A stretch of 32,000 nt of DNA, taken from Cylindrospermopsis raciborskii Cr2010 (GTDB taxonomy: Bacteria; Cyanobacteriota; Cyanobacteriia; Cyanobacteriales; Nostocaceae). The DNA lies in assembly GCF_003367075.2 (NCBI RefSeq), contig NZ_CP065936.1:1140001-1172000 (forward strand), written 5' to 3'. A program made the position numbers and the translations under genes. The notes under the pieces were generated by a model. The model had not been told where the DNA came from. It did no database searches and saw only the letters and a list, made by a program, of their open reading frames with translations. This document shows, piece after piece, positions 9,639 to 20,003 of this stretch (its first letter is position 1; every line of letters begins with the position of its first letter).

Positions 9639-10463
9639 CTAATCCAGTTTTAAAAACCTGTCCAACGCTGCTACTAAACTTGGTGGCCATCTGCGGATAT
9701 TTCTCACCCAGTTAATATCCTTATATCTGGTGTCTAATCCGTAAGCTGCTACCCAGTTGCTTTCTGCTTCCCCTTTTTTACCCCCTACCCAATAGGTGGC
9801 GGTTAAAGCGGCACGCATATCAGCAAATCGGGGATATTTACGAACTATATTTCTCATTTCTCTTTCCGCTTGCTCTTTTTTCCCAATTTCATACATGGCT
9901 AAAGCATAGTTTGCACGAGCAAAGGCAAAGTTAGGTGCTATTTGTGTGGCTTTTTGATAATCGGCGATCGCCTCTTGCCATTTTCCTAGTCCTGTTTTAG
10001 CATTACCGCGATTATTATATGCCATAGCATCTTGGGGGTCTAATTCTAAAACATGATTATAATCAGCGATCGCCTCTTGCCATTTGCCCAATCCTTCTAA
10101 AGCTGTACCTCTATTTAGGTAAGGATCTGTCACATTGGGAGCTAATTTAATGGCCTGATTATAATCAGTTAATGCTGCTTCTAATTTATTTTGACTAACC
10201 CGGGAATTACCCCGATTACTCCATGCACCCGCATTGGTGGGGAATCTCTCAATAATTTCAGTCCAATATTTTTCAGCGGTGGCAAAATCACCCTTGTCAG
10301 TTGCAGCAAATGCTTGGGTTGCTAACTCATCTCCCAACTCTAACTCTTGTGCTGTAATGTGACTTGTTTCTGCTACTACTGGTAAGCAATTACTTAGAGT
10401 TAGTAATAAGCTTACCAACAAAATTGTTAACAGACTCAAAATAGTATTCTTTTTCTTAGTCAT
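9639..10463 (-). CDS. Secreted/membrane-anchored TPR repeat protein
   Basis: N-terminal signal-like segment, then repeated TPR units (AWSNRGNSRVSQNKLEAALTDYNQAI, AYLNRGTALEGLGKWQEAIADYN..., AYNNRGNAKTGLGKWQEAIADY...; repeat starts approximate). Confidence 0.88.
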   Translation of the reverse strand: MTKKKNTILSLLTILLVSLLLTLSNCLPVVAETSHITAQELELGDELATQAFAATDKGDFATAEKYWTEIIERFPTNAGAWSNRGNSRVSQNKLEAALTDYNQAIKLAPNVTDPYLNRGTALEGLGKWQEAIADYNHVLELDPQDAMAYNNRGNAKTGLGKWQEAIADYQKATQIAPNFAFARANYALAMYEIGKKEQAEREMRNIVRKYPRFADMRAALTATYWVGGKKGEAESNWVAAYGLDTRYKDINWVRNIRRWPPSLVAALDRFLKLD

Positions 10464-10530
10464 TTAATTTTCTGTCATATACAACACTGCCAATAAATCA
10501 ATAATATGTTGACCGGGATCTAAGTGGGTA

Positions 10531-10637
10531 GGTGGAATTAAATATAAGATCAACGCAGGTTGAGTTTAATATGAAACCCAACGCCCCCATGGGTTACCCT
10601 ACCCTCAACCCATCCTACAAATAATTGTGCCTCCCTA
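10531..10637 (+). repeat. Dispersed palindromic repeat, copy B
   Basis: GGTGGAATTAAATATAAGATCAACGCAGGTTGAGTTTAATATGAAACCCAACGCCCCCATGGG...CCCATCCTACAAATAATTGTGCCTCCCTA; ends 1 bp before the ruvB stop codon. Confidence 0.85.
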
Positions 10638-10638
10638 G

Positions 10639-11754
10639 TTATAACAATGATAACTGTTCACTATTCAGTTGGAAACCAAGATGTTGATATGCAGCACTTG
10701 TAACCACCCTCCCCCGTGGTGTGCGACTTAAATACCCTATTTGCATTAAATATGGTTCATAAACCTCTTCTATAGTCTGTGTATCTTCCCCCGTAGCAGC
10801 GGCCAAGGTTTCTAAACCCACAGGACCACCATGGAAATTTTCAATAATTACAGTGAGCATTTTTCTATCGGTCCAGTCCAAACCACAGGGATCTACTTGA
10901 AATAGGGTTAATGCTTCTGCAGCAGTAGGTTGATCAATTTGAGGACGGGATTTAACTATAGCATAATCACGCACTCGCTTGAGTAATCTATTGGCTATTC
11001 TCGGTGTACCCCGGGAGCGTTTAGCAATTTCCGTGGCCCCTTCTAAATTCACTATAGTTTGTAAAACCTCTGCACTACGCAAAACAATTTGACTCAGTTC
11101 TTCTACCTGATAAAAGCGCAGTTTTTGCACCAGTCCAAACCGATCTCGCAGGGGAGAAGTTAAAGCTCCCACGCGAGTTGTGGCTCCCACCAAGGTAAAT
11201 TTTGATAGCGGTATGGTTCGTACTTTGGCTCCGGATCCTTTACCAATGGTCACGTCTAAACGATAATCCTCCATGGCTGGGTACAAAATTTCTTCAGTCA
11301 TGCGAGAAAGTCTATGTATTTCGTCAATAAATAACACATCCCCTGGTTTCAGGTTCACCAATAACCCCACTATATCTCTGGGACGCTCTAAAGCTGGCGC
11401 ACTAGTAATTTTATAGTTTACCCCCATCTCTGAAGCCAAAATCATAGCCATAGTGGTCTTACCTAAACCCGCAGGACCATACAATAGCAAGTGATCCATC
11501 ACATCACCCCTAGATTTAGCCGCTTTAATGGCAATATCTAGTACATCTTTTAAATCCTGCTGTCCAATGTAATCTGCAAAACGTCGGGGACGAATGCTAT
11601 CCTCCTGTTTATCATCTTCACCCACGGTTGCTTCCTGTTGCAGAATCTTTTCCTCGGAGGAAACTTTTTCTACCCTCGGTTTCGCTACTCCTCGGTGCTT
11701 TTTCGGCTTTCCCCCAGATTCGGAGGGCTCCTTTTTTGACGAGATTATGGCCAT
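10639..11754 (-). CDS. ruvB: Holliday junction branch migration ATPase RuvB
   Basis: [70 protein letters not shown]. Confidence 0.98.
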   Translation of the reverse strand: MAIISSKKEPSESGGKPKKHRGVAKPRVEKVSSEEKILQQEATVGEDDKQEDSIRPRRFADYIGQQDLKDVLDIAIKAAKSRGDVMDHLLLYGPAGLGKTTMAMILASEMGVNYKITSAPALERPRDIVGLLVNLKPGDVLFIDEIHRLSRMTEEILYPAMEDYRLDVTIGKGSGAKVRTIPLSKFTLVGATTRVGALTSPLRDRFGLVQKLRFYQVEELSQIVLRSAEVLQTIVNLEGATEIAKRSRGTPRIANRLLKRVRDYAIVKSRPQIDQPTAAEALTLFQVDPCGLDWTDRKMLTVIIENFHGGPVGLETLAAATGEDTQTIEEVYEPYLMQIGYLSRTPRGRVVTSAAYQHLGFQLNSEQLSLL

Positions 11755-12286
11755 AATTAAGCTGTCTTAAGCTAGGGACTGGAATTTGGAAATTTAGCTT
11801 TCCTAAAGATTGCTTTTTCCTCTATAATAACTCAGTTGATTTTTTCACCTAAACAGTGGTCTCAAAGTTTAAACTAAAACGAGTAACCAATCAATATGGC
11901 ATGACGAGCATAATTGGCTGGACTACCCACCCAAGCTCCTTCCTATTGGAAGGCTTTGTCTGTTTTTATACGAGGTTGTTGAGATGTATCTGTAAATAGC
12001 TAAGTATAAGCAGGCATTGTATTATTGTGATTTGTTTAAATTACAAATTTCCACTCTTGGTCAGGCAATAGTTCATTAGATCAAGGTAAATAGAACTAAA
12101 AATAAGCGACTAGCCAACCAGCATAGAGGTGGGAAAATCTTTGTGAAGAATTGGTTTTTTACGTGAACTAGTACTACCAGTTGGCATTTACCGAAAAAAT
12201 GGATACAGTAGAATGTCCAGTTTCTAACCCAACAACAATTTTGCCAACGACTAGGCCAACAGTTATCAAAAGACAGAGAAATTACT

Positions 12287-13060
12287 ATGCTATCTAAAAG
12301 AATTTTACCTTGTTTAGATGTCAAGGCTGGACGAGTTGTGAAAGGTGTCAATTTTGTTGACTTGAAGGATGCTGGAGATCCAGTAGAGCTAGCTAGGGTT
12401 TACGATGAAGCTGGTGCTGATGAGTTAGTATTTTTAGATATTACAGCTACTCACGAAGACCGTGATACTATTATTGATGTAGTTTACCGAACTGCTGACC
12501 AGGTTTTTATTCCCTTGACTGTGGGAGGGGGTGTTCAAACATTAGAAAATGTTAAAGATTTGTTACGAGCGGGAGCTGATAAAGTTAGTATTAATTCAGC
12601 AGCTGTCCGCAATCCGCACTTGATTAACGAGGCGAGCGATCGCTTTGGAAATCAGTGTATTGTGGTAGCCATTGATGCGCGAAGGAGAGTTGAACCTGAC
12701 TCTACGGGTTGGGATGTGTACGTGCGAGGTGGTAGGGAAAATACAGGCATAGATGCTTTATCCTGGGCACAGGAAGTTGAAAAAAGGGGGGCTGGTGAAC
12801 TGTTAGTAACTAGTATGGATGCGGATGGTACTCAAGCTGGCTATGACCTGGAATTAACCAGAGCGATCGCCCAAGCTGTGGAAATTCCAGTCATTGCTTC
12901 TGGTGGAGCTGGCAATTGTCAGCATATTCACCAAGCTCTAACTCTAGGACAAGCCGAAGCCGCCTTATTAGCATCCATACTGCATTATGGACATTTAAGC
13001 ATTGCGCAAATTAAAAATTATTTGCAAGAACAATCTGTTCCCATCCGCTTACCGTGTTAA
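12287..13060 (+). CDS. hisF: Imidazole glycerol phosphate synthase cyclase subunit HisF
   Basis: [36 protein letters not shown]..., [26 protein letters not shown]. Confidence 0.98.
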   Translation: MLSKRILPCLDVKAGRVVKGVNFVDLKDAGDPVELARVYDEAGADELVFLDITATHEDRDTIIDVVYRTADQVFIPLTVGGGVQTLENVKDLLRAGADKVSINSAAVRNPHLINEASDRFGNQCIVVAIDARRRVEPDSTGWDVYVRGGRENTGIDALSWAQEVEKRGAGELLVTSMDADGTQAGYDLELTRAIAQAVEIPVIASGGAGNCQHIHQALTLGQAEAALLASILHYGHLSIAQIKNYLQEQSVPIRLPC

Positions 13061-13161
13061 TCCCGCTCTTGGCAACCAGGTATATCTCTGACCAAAGTCA
13101 GACACAGTTCTCAAAAACAGTGTTAATATTAGTTGACTAGTATTAAGAAATATTAAGAATT

Positions 13162-13353
13162 ATGTTGATTCCTATTCTAATTTTTGATGTAGCACTGGTA
13201 GCTTGGTCGCTCCATCTAATGGAGAAGGCCATAGAGAACAAGGAATTTTCCCTGATGTTAGCGGGTGCATTGGTTGCTGTAGCAGCAGCAGCCATGTTAG
13301 TGGTATATTTCCTCATGGGGAACTGTATGTCCTACCTGTTAAAAATCGGTTGA
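13162..13353 (+). CDS. Small two-TM hypothetical membrane protein (63 aa)
   Basis: Coherent hydrophobic segments, downstream of hisF on the same strand; family not recognised. Confidence 0.5.
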   Translation: MLIPILIFDVALVAWSLHLMEKAIENKEFSLMLAGALVAVAAAAMLVVYFLMGNCMSYLLKIG

Positions 13354-13384
13354 TAGGGAGCAACCGAATAGGGGAAAAGATAGT

Positions 13385-13759
13385 TTAAAGCGGTCCAGGA
13401 GCTAATCCATGTAACTGACGTATAGCTCGAATACAAACGGGACAATCACAGCCAAATAGCTGAATAGCTTCATCACTTTCTGCATCAGTCAGAACAAACT
13501 CATCCGTTGCTGATTGGTCAGGCTGTGAGCTGGCTATTACTATTGATTCAGACTTTGGAGGAGAGGTGGCTTCCGGGATCTGTATACATATTTGTTTGCC
13601 AGTAGTAGGTGAATGAGGCGATCGCACGCAGGAGAGACGAGTTTTACCGGAGGTGATAGTAGGACTAGCATGAACTGGTTGAGCGATCATCACCGTAGTG
13701 ATAACAGATGTAAACAAGACTGGGCTAGACAGCAAAGTCAACAGGAATTTTTTGTTCAT
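13385..13759 (-). CDS. Small secreted Cys-containing hypothetical protein (124 aa)
   Basis: Signal peptide-like N-terminus (FLLTLLSSPVLFTSVITTVMIAQPVHA) and C-terminal FGCDCPVCIRAIRQLHG. Confidence 0.6.
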   Translation of the reverse strand: MNKKFLLTLLSSPVLFTSVITTVMIAQPVHASPTITSGKTRLSCVRSPHSPTTGKQICIQIPEATSPPKSESIVIASSQPDQSATDEFVLTDAESDEAIQLFGCDCPVCIRAIRQLHGLAPGPL

Positions 13760-13835
13760 GAAGTTGAAAGAAAGTGAATAGAATTAAGATACTATTTTAG
13801 ACTAGGAGTAAGGAACTGGAAACAGAAAAGCCGAT

Positions 13836-14258
13836 ATGCTGTATGAAACAGACTTTTATACATGGACTCAGGAACAGTCCCAAGCTCTATTAAATCGCCA
13901 AATCAATAGTTTAGATTGGCAACATCTAGCAGAGGAGATTGGCGATTTGGGAAACCGCCATTATGACCAACTAAGTTCCCGGTTGAGCATTCTGATCGGT
14001 CATTTGCTGAAATGGAAATATCAACCCGCTAATAGGAGCAACAGCTGGAAAGCCACCATTCGGGAACAGAGACGGAAAATCGACCGTTTACTGGAGCGAA
14101 ATCCCGGGTTGAAAAATAAATGGAATGAAGCCTTAGAAGAAGCTTGGTTAGATGGTAAAGACCTAGCCATTAGAGAAACAGGATTAGACGACCAAGACTT
14201 TCCCGAGGAGTGTCCCTTCAGCAGTTTCCAAATCCAAGATTCCAATTATTGGGCATAA
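13836..14258 (+). CDS. DUF29 domain-containing protein
   Basis: YETDFYTWTQEQSQALLNRQINSLDWQHLAEEIGDLG...LLKWKYQP...SWKATIREQRRKI, typical DUF29 pattern. Confidence 0.9.
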   Translation: MLYETDFYTWTQEQSQALLNRQINSLDWQHLAEEIGDLGNRHYDQLSSRLSILIGHLLKWKYQPANRSNSWKATIREQRRKIDRLLERNPGLKNKWNEALEEAWLDGKDLAIRETGLDDQDFPEECPFSSFQIQDSNYWA

Positions 14259-14312
14259 TTGTAGAATGTGGAATGAGCAAAAACCAATTTTTGGAGACAA
14301 GATCAAAAAAAT

Positions 14313-15149
14313 ATGACCAATCAATCAACCATCCCAGTTATCGTCAATGGTGCTGGAGGAAAAATGGGTAGGGAAGTGATCAAAGCCATATCCCAAGCAT
14401 CAGATATGACCCTGATGGGTGCTATTGATACCTCCCCAGAACACCAAGGAAAAGACGCTGGAGAATTAGCAGGTCTAAACATAGCCCTAGAAGTTCCCAT
14501 CACCAATCAATTAGAGCCCATATTGGGCTATGTTGCAGGAGAAAGACAACTACAACCACCAGTAATGGTTGATTTTACCCATCCTGATGCAGTTTATGAT
14601 AACGTTCGCAGTGCGATCGCCTATGGGATTCGTCCCGTGGTGGGAACCACCGGTTTAAGTCCCCAACAACTGGAAAATTTAGCTGACTTTGCCGAAAAAG
14701 CTAGTACAGGTTGTCTAATAATTCCCAACTTCTCCATAGGTATAGTATTGCTACAACAAGCAGCAATTACCGCATCCCAATACTTTGACCATGTAGAAAT
14801 TATTGAACTTCACCACAATCAAAAAGCTGATGCACCCAGTGGTACAGCGATTCAAACTGCCCAATTATTAGCAGATATGGGTAAAACCTTCAACCCACCC
14901 CAGGTAACAGAAACGGAAAAAATTGCCGGTGCGAGGGGTTGTTTAGCAGATGAAGGAATAAGGATTCACAGCGTGCGTTTACCTGGACTTATTGCCCATC
15001 AGGAAGTAATTTTTGGTGCAGCTGGTCAAATTTACACCCTACGTCATGATACCAGTGATCGCTCTTGTTATATGCCAGGAGTTTTATTAGCCATTCGTAA
15101 GATTAATCAGTTAAAATCATTGGTATATGGATTAGAAAAAATCCTGTGA
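14313..15149 (+). CDS. dapB: 4-hydroxy-tetrahydrodipicolinate reductase
   Basis: [61 protein letters not shown]. Confidence 0.98.
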   Translation: MTNQSTIPVIVNGAGGKMGREVIKAISQASDMTLMGAIDTSPEHQGKDAGELAGLNIALEVPITNQLEPILGYVAGERQLQPPVMVDFTHPDAVYDNVRSAIAYGIRPVVGTTGLSPQQLENLADFAEKASTGCLIIPNFSIGIVLLQQAAITASQYFDHVEIIELHHNQKADAPSGTAIQTAQLLADMGKTFNPPQVTETEKIAGARGCLADEGIRIHSVRLPGLIAHQEVIFGAAGQIYTLRHDTSDRSCYMPGVLLAIRKINQLKSLVYGLEKIL

Positions 15150-15190
15150 TTGCGGATGGGGAATCAAGGTTTAGGGAGCAAGATTAGATT

Positions 15191-15901
15191 ATGATTATTC
15201 CACTGACTCGGCAAAAACTAGAACAGATTATTCCTTTGATTGGTAGTGGCGACCAGTATAAATACTACTGGGGAAAATTCAATAATTTTCTCCAAAGACT
15301 GTTAATTTCTGTGGTGACAGTGGTGGTGATTTTGCTGATTAAAAACCTCCTGCAATTGGACTTTGGTTTGGTATTTGTTTTTGGTGTTTTCGGTGGTTTT
15401 TTTTGGTTATGGTATCCCGTTTATCAAGCGAGTATTCGTAATTTTAAATATCGTAGTTATAAATATGGTGGTTTTTTTCGAGGAAGGATTGTAGACTGGT
15501 GGATTACAGAAAAAGTAATTGGCAAACAGGAGACAGTCAATAATCGCGGAGAATTGGTCATTATCGAAAATCGGGAAAAGCGGATCAATTTAGAAATTGG
15601 CGATAACACAGGGTTCAGCATTGAATTTGATGCTCCCTTACGTTCCACCCATAAGGCGATTGCCCGTGGTCAGGTGGCAGAAATGTTAGTAATGTCTAAC
15701 AGTGCTGATTTAAGCACAATTGAAGAGTTTAGCAATATTTACATCCCCAGTCGTAATTTGTGGGTAAGTGACTATCCTTATGTGCGGGAGGACTTATTTA
15801 ATGAGGTCAGTCGTCGCATTAGAAGCTCCCCTCGTGGTCGCTCCCAAACACCAAAATATAGAGCAAAACCCCAAGATGATTACTATGATGATGAATCGTG
15901 A
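15191..15901 (+). CDS. Conserved hypothetical membrane protein
   Basis: Two central TM segments, charged C-terminus ending QDDYYDDES; same strand as dapB, 41 bp downstream. Confidence 0.7.
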   Translation: MIIPLTRQKLEQIIPLIGSGDQYKYYWGKFNNFLQRLLISVVTVVVILLIKNLLQLDFGLVFVFGVFGGFFWLWYPVYQASIRNFKYRSYKYGGFFRGRIVDWWITEKVIGKQETVNNRGELVIIENREKRINLEIGDNTGFSIEFDAPLRSTHKAIARGQVAEMLVMSNSADLSTIEEFSNIYIPSRNLWVSDYPYVREDLFNEVSRRIRSSPRGRSQTPKYRAKPQDDYYDDES

Positions 15902-15979
15902 CATACTCCACACACTCCCTTACAGGTGAGTGTGGGCTTCTCAACGACTCTTCTATGAAGACATTGATTGAGCTTTGAG

Positions 15980-16003
15980 GGCGTGTGTCCCACGCGCCTT
16001 TAT
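15980..16003 (+). terminator. Terminator-like hairpin
   Basis: GGCGTGTG (15980-15987), TCC loop, CACGCGCC (15991-15998), then TTTATATTT. Confidence 0.5.
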
Positions 16004-16046
16004 ATTTATAGCCGCATTTAGATACCGGCACAAGCTAAGTTGGGTG

Positions 16047-16140
16047 GGTGGAATTAAATATATTAAATATAAGATGAATGTAGGTTGGGTTGAAGTATGA
16101 AACCCAACGCCCCCATGGGTTACCCTACCGCTAACCCCTC
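16047..16140 (+). repeat. Dispersed palindromic repeat, copy C (right end degenerate)
   Basis: GGTGGAATTAAATATATTAAATATAAGATGAATGTAGGTTGGGTTGAAGTATGAAACCCAACGCCCCCATGGGTTACCCTACC; small internal duplication of TTAAATATA, usual right terminus not present. Confidence 0.8.
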
Positions 16141-16187
16141 CATACCTAGAACCATAAAATGGTTTTTAAAAACAAAAGAAGAATAAA

Positions 16188-16964
16188 TCAACTGCTCACC
16201 AAATGATGTAGTTCCTCGGGTGTGAGATGGGAATGAACCACTTCACCATCCCGAAACCAAACAATACGTTTAGTTTGACTAGCTACTTCCGTTTCATGAG
16301 TTACCATAATTACAGTAATTCCCGTACTATTTAACTCAGTAAAAATATCTAACACCTCTTGAGTAGTGCGAGAATCTAAAGCACCAGTTGGTTCATCTGC
16401 TAAAAGTACCACTGGAGCATTGACAATTGCACGAGCGATCGCCACTCGTTGTTGTTGTCCTCCCGATAGTTGATTAGGTTTATTGTGCAGGCGTTTTTCC
16501 AAACCCACTCTAATCAGAGCTTCTATAGCTCTGGCTTTTCTTTCTCCAGGTTTAACACCAGCATAAACCATGGGTAGCATGACGTTTTCTAGAGCTGTCA
16601 ATTGAGTTAATAAATGAAATTGTTGAAAAACAAAACCCAATTTGAGATTGCGAATTTGTGCCAACTGTTGATCATTCATATCAGCAACATTCACATTATC
16701 TAAATAATAATTACCACCACTGGGGCGGTCTAAACAACCAATAATATTCATGGCGGTAGATTTACCGGAACCAGAAGGACCCATGATGGCACAATATTCT
16801 CCTTGATTAATTACTAGGTTAATATTATTCAGGGCCTTCACTTCTGTTTCCCCAGTTCCATAGACTTTAAATATGTTCTCCAAGCGGATAATCTCTGGTT
16901 GAGAGCAAGAATTACCATCCAGAGATTCATTTACCAAGTCACTAATCATCAAGGTTGTAGACAT
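16188..16964 (-). CDS. ABC transporter ATP-binding protein (LolD/MacB/DevA-like)
   Basis: Walker [10 protein letters not shown], signature [14 protein letters not shown], Walker [14 protein letters not shown]. Confidence 0.95.
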   Translation of the reverse strand: MSTTLMISDLVNESLDGNSCSQPEIIRLENIFKVYGTGETEVKALNNINLVINQGEYCAIMGPSGSGKSTAMNIIGCLDRPSGGNYYLDNVNVADMNDQQLAQIRNLKLGFVFQQFHLLTQLTALENVMLPMVYAGVKPGERKARAIEALIRVGLEKRLHNKPNQLSGGQQQRVAIARAIVNAPVVLLADEPTGALDSRTTQEVLDIFTELNSTGITVIMVTHETEVASQTKRIVWFRDGEVVHSHLTPEELHHLVSS

Positions 16965-16988
16965 AAAAGTTTATCCTATATTCTTTTT

Positions 16989-18206
16989 CTAAGCACTTCT
17001 TAAAGCCACGATAGGATCTAGTTGAGCAGCACGACGAGCGGGGAAAACGCCGAAAAATAGACCGATTGCGCCAGAAATACCTACGGTCATAAAAATGGAA
17101 CTAAGGGAAGTAGTAGCATCTATTATCCCTAGGGAAGACACTAAACTTAGTCCACCAATTCCTATACCTGTACCAGCTAATCCACCAATTACGGAAACAA
17201 TAATGGCTTCAATAATAAACTGAAGTAAAATGTCTTGTTGGGTAGCACCTATGGCCTTTCTCAAACCAATTTCTTGGGTTCTTTCAGTTACCGAAACCAA
17301 CATGATATTCATGATTCCAATACCACCAACAAACAGAGAAATGGCAGCAATTCCCACCAACATCAAACTCAGAGCATTGGAAATTTGACCCACTATTTGT
17401 AAAGCATCCTTTTGGGTACGAATAGTAAAGTCATTTTCTCCCACCAGTTTATGGCGTCGTCTGAGTAAATTAGTAATTTGGAATTTTGCCGCATCTACGC
17501 TATCAGCATCTTGAGCAGAAGCGGTTATATAGGTGACCTCTAATCCATAGGGAGATGTTTTGCCAACTATACGATTTGCTGAGGTCATGATGGGAACCAG
17601 CGCAGATGAATCATAGTCAACACCTAAATTAGATCCCTTTTCTGTCAACACACCAATTATTTGAAAACTGGAGTTTTTTATTTTAATCTGTTGACTAATG
17701 GGATTTTGATTGCCAAACATCTTTTGTTTTAACTTACTCCCAATAACTACTACCTGGTTACTCCGTTTCATATCCAAATCATTAAAGAATCTACCTGTAG
17801 CTACTTCAAAGTTACGCACCTGCAAAAAATTGGGAGTTGTACCAATGATGTTGATATTAGTATTTTTGTTTTTATAGGTAACTACTTGCCTACTGTTTAG
17901 TTCTGCTGCAGTTGCTTTAATAGTAGGAACTTGAGTTTCAATAGCTTCAGCATCTGCATATACTAAAGTCTTAATCACATCCCGAGAGACCCTTTGAGTT
18001 TCTTCGTTCCCCGGAATTACAAACAACACATTGGGACCTAGGGAATTTAACTGTTGGGCTACATATCTTTGTCCCCCTTCTCCTAAACCAACCATCATAA
18101 TAACTGAGCTGTTGCCAATAATAATGCCTAGCATTGTTAAGGCACTTCTTAGTTTATTTGATAGCAGGGTTTTACCTGCCATTTGAAAGGTTTCTACAAA
18201 GTTCAT
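16989..18206 (-). CDS. ABC transporter permease, MacB/FtsX-like
   Basis: LLSNKLRSALTMLGIIIGNSSVIMMVGLGEG, GIGIMNIMLVSVTERTQEIGLRKAIGAT, PARRAAQLDPIVALR. Confidence 0.94.
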   Translation of the reverse strand: MNFVETFQMAGKTLLSNKLRSALTMLGIIIGNSSVIMMVGLGEGGQRYVAQQLNSLGPNVLFVIPGNEETQRVSRDVIKTLVYADAEAIETQVPTIKATAAELNSRQVVTYKNKNTNINIIGTTPNFLQVRNFEVATGRFFNDLDMKRSNQVVVIGSKLKQKMFGNQNPISQQIKIKNSSFQIIGVLTEKGSNLGVDYDSSALVPIMTSANRIVGKTSPYGLEVTYITASAQDADSVDAAKFQITNLLRRRHKLVGENDFTIRTQKDALQIVGQISNALSLMLVGIAAISLFVGGIGIMNIMLVSVTERTQEIGLRKAIGATQQDILLQFIIEAIIVSVIGGLAGTGIGIGGLSLVSSLGIIDATTSLSSIFMTVGISGAIGLFFGVFPARRAAQLDPIVALRSA

Positions 18207-18223
18207 AGGTTTTAATATTTCAT

Positions 18224-19690
18224 TTAGTTTGGTTTTTTGCTTTTGTAGTCTTTGGGGGGATTAATAAATATTAAATCTCCCGTTTGTATTCCTGTTAAAA
18301 CCTGGGTCTCATTTTTTATTTGCGCTCCAATGCTAATTTCCCTAAACTCCGGTTTATTGTCACTATCCGGTACTAATACCCCCGTCTTACCATCTTCAGT
18401 GAGAATAGCAACTGTGGGAATGGTTATAGCATCTTCCAAGCGATCGCCTAAAAAGGTTACGTCCACATTTAAACCTGATCGTAACTTATCTCCACCATTG
18501 ACGATGAAAATCCTCACCTGGAAGGAGGTCACACCTTGTTCTATTACTGCTTCGGGTGCTATTAGGCGAACACGTCCTGTAAAAACCTGATCTGGATAAG
18601 CATCACTGATGATTTCTACTTGCTGTCCCTTTTTTATTCTAGCAATATCCGCTTCTGGAATTAGCGCTAACACTTCTAAACCTCTTGCTAAGGCCACAAT
18701 TGAGCTGGAGGTGGCTGATGTACTACTAGAAGCGGAAGTTGTGGGGGTAACAAAAGCACCGATATTGGCGTATTTTTGAGTAATGATTCCCGCGAAGGGA
18801 GCGCGAATAATGGTATCTTCCAATTGAACCTGTTGTCGTTTTAATTGGGCTTTTGCTGCTTCCACCACTGCTGTGAGTCTGGCTATTTCCTGGGGACGAC
18901 TGCCATTTTGTAATTTTCTCAGTCCTTCTGTCTCCTGGGTAACCACTGCTTGCTGTCTTCTAATCTCCTGTTCACGATTGCCAGCTTCCTGTAGGGACAA
19001 TCGTTTTTCCGCTTCTCGTAAGTTGGATTTTGCCCTTTTATTTTCTGCGATGTACTGGTCTAAGGTGTCTTGGGAAATTGCCCCCTCCTTAGCCAATTTT
19101 TGATATCGGTTGAGTCTTGCTTGGGTTAGTTCTAACTGAGACCTGGCACCTTCTACACTCGCTTTTGCCTGTTCAATCTCTTGGGAACGACTACCTGAAC
19201 TAATTATTTCTAATTGGGCTTTTGCCTGGTTCACTCTGGCCTTAGCTTGGGCTATGTCTTCAACACGACTACCTGCTTCAGCATCTGCTAACTGCGCTTT
19301 TGCTTGTTCTAAATTGGCCTGGAATTGCAAAATTCCCATTCTGATCTCTGAATCATCCATACGGGCTATTATCTGTCCCTTTTCTACTTTTTCTCCCTGC
19401 TCTACGTTTAATTCTGCCAATAACCCAGCGTTTTTGGGACTCACATTGACACTTTGTATTGGTTGTACCTTACCGCTAGCTGTAATTCTCACGGTGAGAT
19501 CTTTGGCTTCTACTGGAACCGTTAGTTTGGTAATATCTGGTTTACGATTTTCAGAATTGCCAGCTTTTATGATGGTTGTTGCTCCCAATATTAACACCCC
19601 AGATGCCACGATCCCTATTATCCAACGCCAGGAATACTGGCCTTTTTTACCTATTAGGGGAATCTCAACGTGTTTACTTATGCTAACCAT
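18224..19690 (-). CDS. Periplasmic adaptor (HlyD/MacA-like membrane fusion protein)
   Basis: N-terminal TM, lipoyl-like halves (AGLLAELNVEQGEKVEKGQIIARMDD and DTIIRAPFAGIITQKYANIGAFV), long coiled-coil hairpin. Confidence 0.92.
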   Translation of the reverse strand: MVSISKHVEIPLIGKKGQYSWRWIIGIVASGVLILGATTIIKAGNSENRKPDITKLTVPVEAKDLTVRITASGKVQPIQSVNVSPKNAGLLAELNVEQGEKVEKGQIIARMDDSEIRMGILQFQANLEQAKAQLADAEAGSRVEDIAQAKARVNQAKAQLEIISSGSRSQEIEQAKASVEGARSQLELTQARLNRYQKLAKEGAISQDTLDQYIAENKRAKSNLREAEKRLSLQEAGNREQEIRRQQAVVTQETEGLRKLQNGSRPQEIARLTAVVEAAKAQLKRQQVQLEDTIIRAPFAGIITQKYANIGAFVTPTTSASSSTSATSSSIVALARGLEVLALIPEADIARIKKGQQVEIISDAYPDQVFTGRVRLIAPEAVIEQGVTSFQVRIFIVNGGDKLRSGLNVDVTFLGDRLEDAITIPTVAILTEDGKTGVLVPDSDNKPEFREISIGAQIKNETQVLTGIQTGDLIFINPPKDYKSKKPN

Positions 19691-20003
19691 TTGTCCTCAC
19701 CTCTTTGTAGTTTTAATTAAATTAATGTCTGATTTAATAGGTCCTTTGGGTTTCAGTGATTTTTATTTACTTGTTTTGCCTAAGCTAGTACGAGTATTAA
19801 CTTCTCCTTGGGAACTGATTTTTGATAAATGGGTGTCTATTTATAATCATAGTTCATAATTCGTAATATTTCTTTAAGGAAGTGAAAATTTCCCACCCTG
19901 TGATTTTTTTACATCTAGGAGTAGAATTTTTGATGTTGTTTCAGGTAAAAATCGTCTAAGCTATGGTAAAGAAGATTTAATTTATGACTTAAGAGGCGGT
20001 AGT

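Noticed and set aside
12076-12351. Minus-strand 91-aa ORF spanning the hisF start
   Set aside because: Trp/Cys/Phe-rich composition without domain logic, and it overlaps the conserved hisF N-terminus.
16188-19690. Considered calling the three-gene exporter devBCA (heterocyst glycolipid export)
   Set aside because: Architecture matches, but the permease looks MacB-type and no heterocyst genes are nearby; the specific assignment is not supportable from sequence alone.
18252-19859. Plus-strand ORFs 18252-18590, 18873-19103 and 19254-19859
   Set aside because: Antisense to the well-supported adaptor gene; Ser/Leu-rich composition typical of the complement of a coiled-coil gene.
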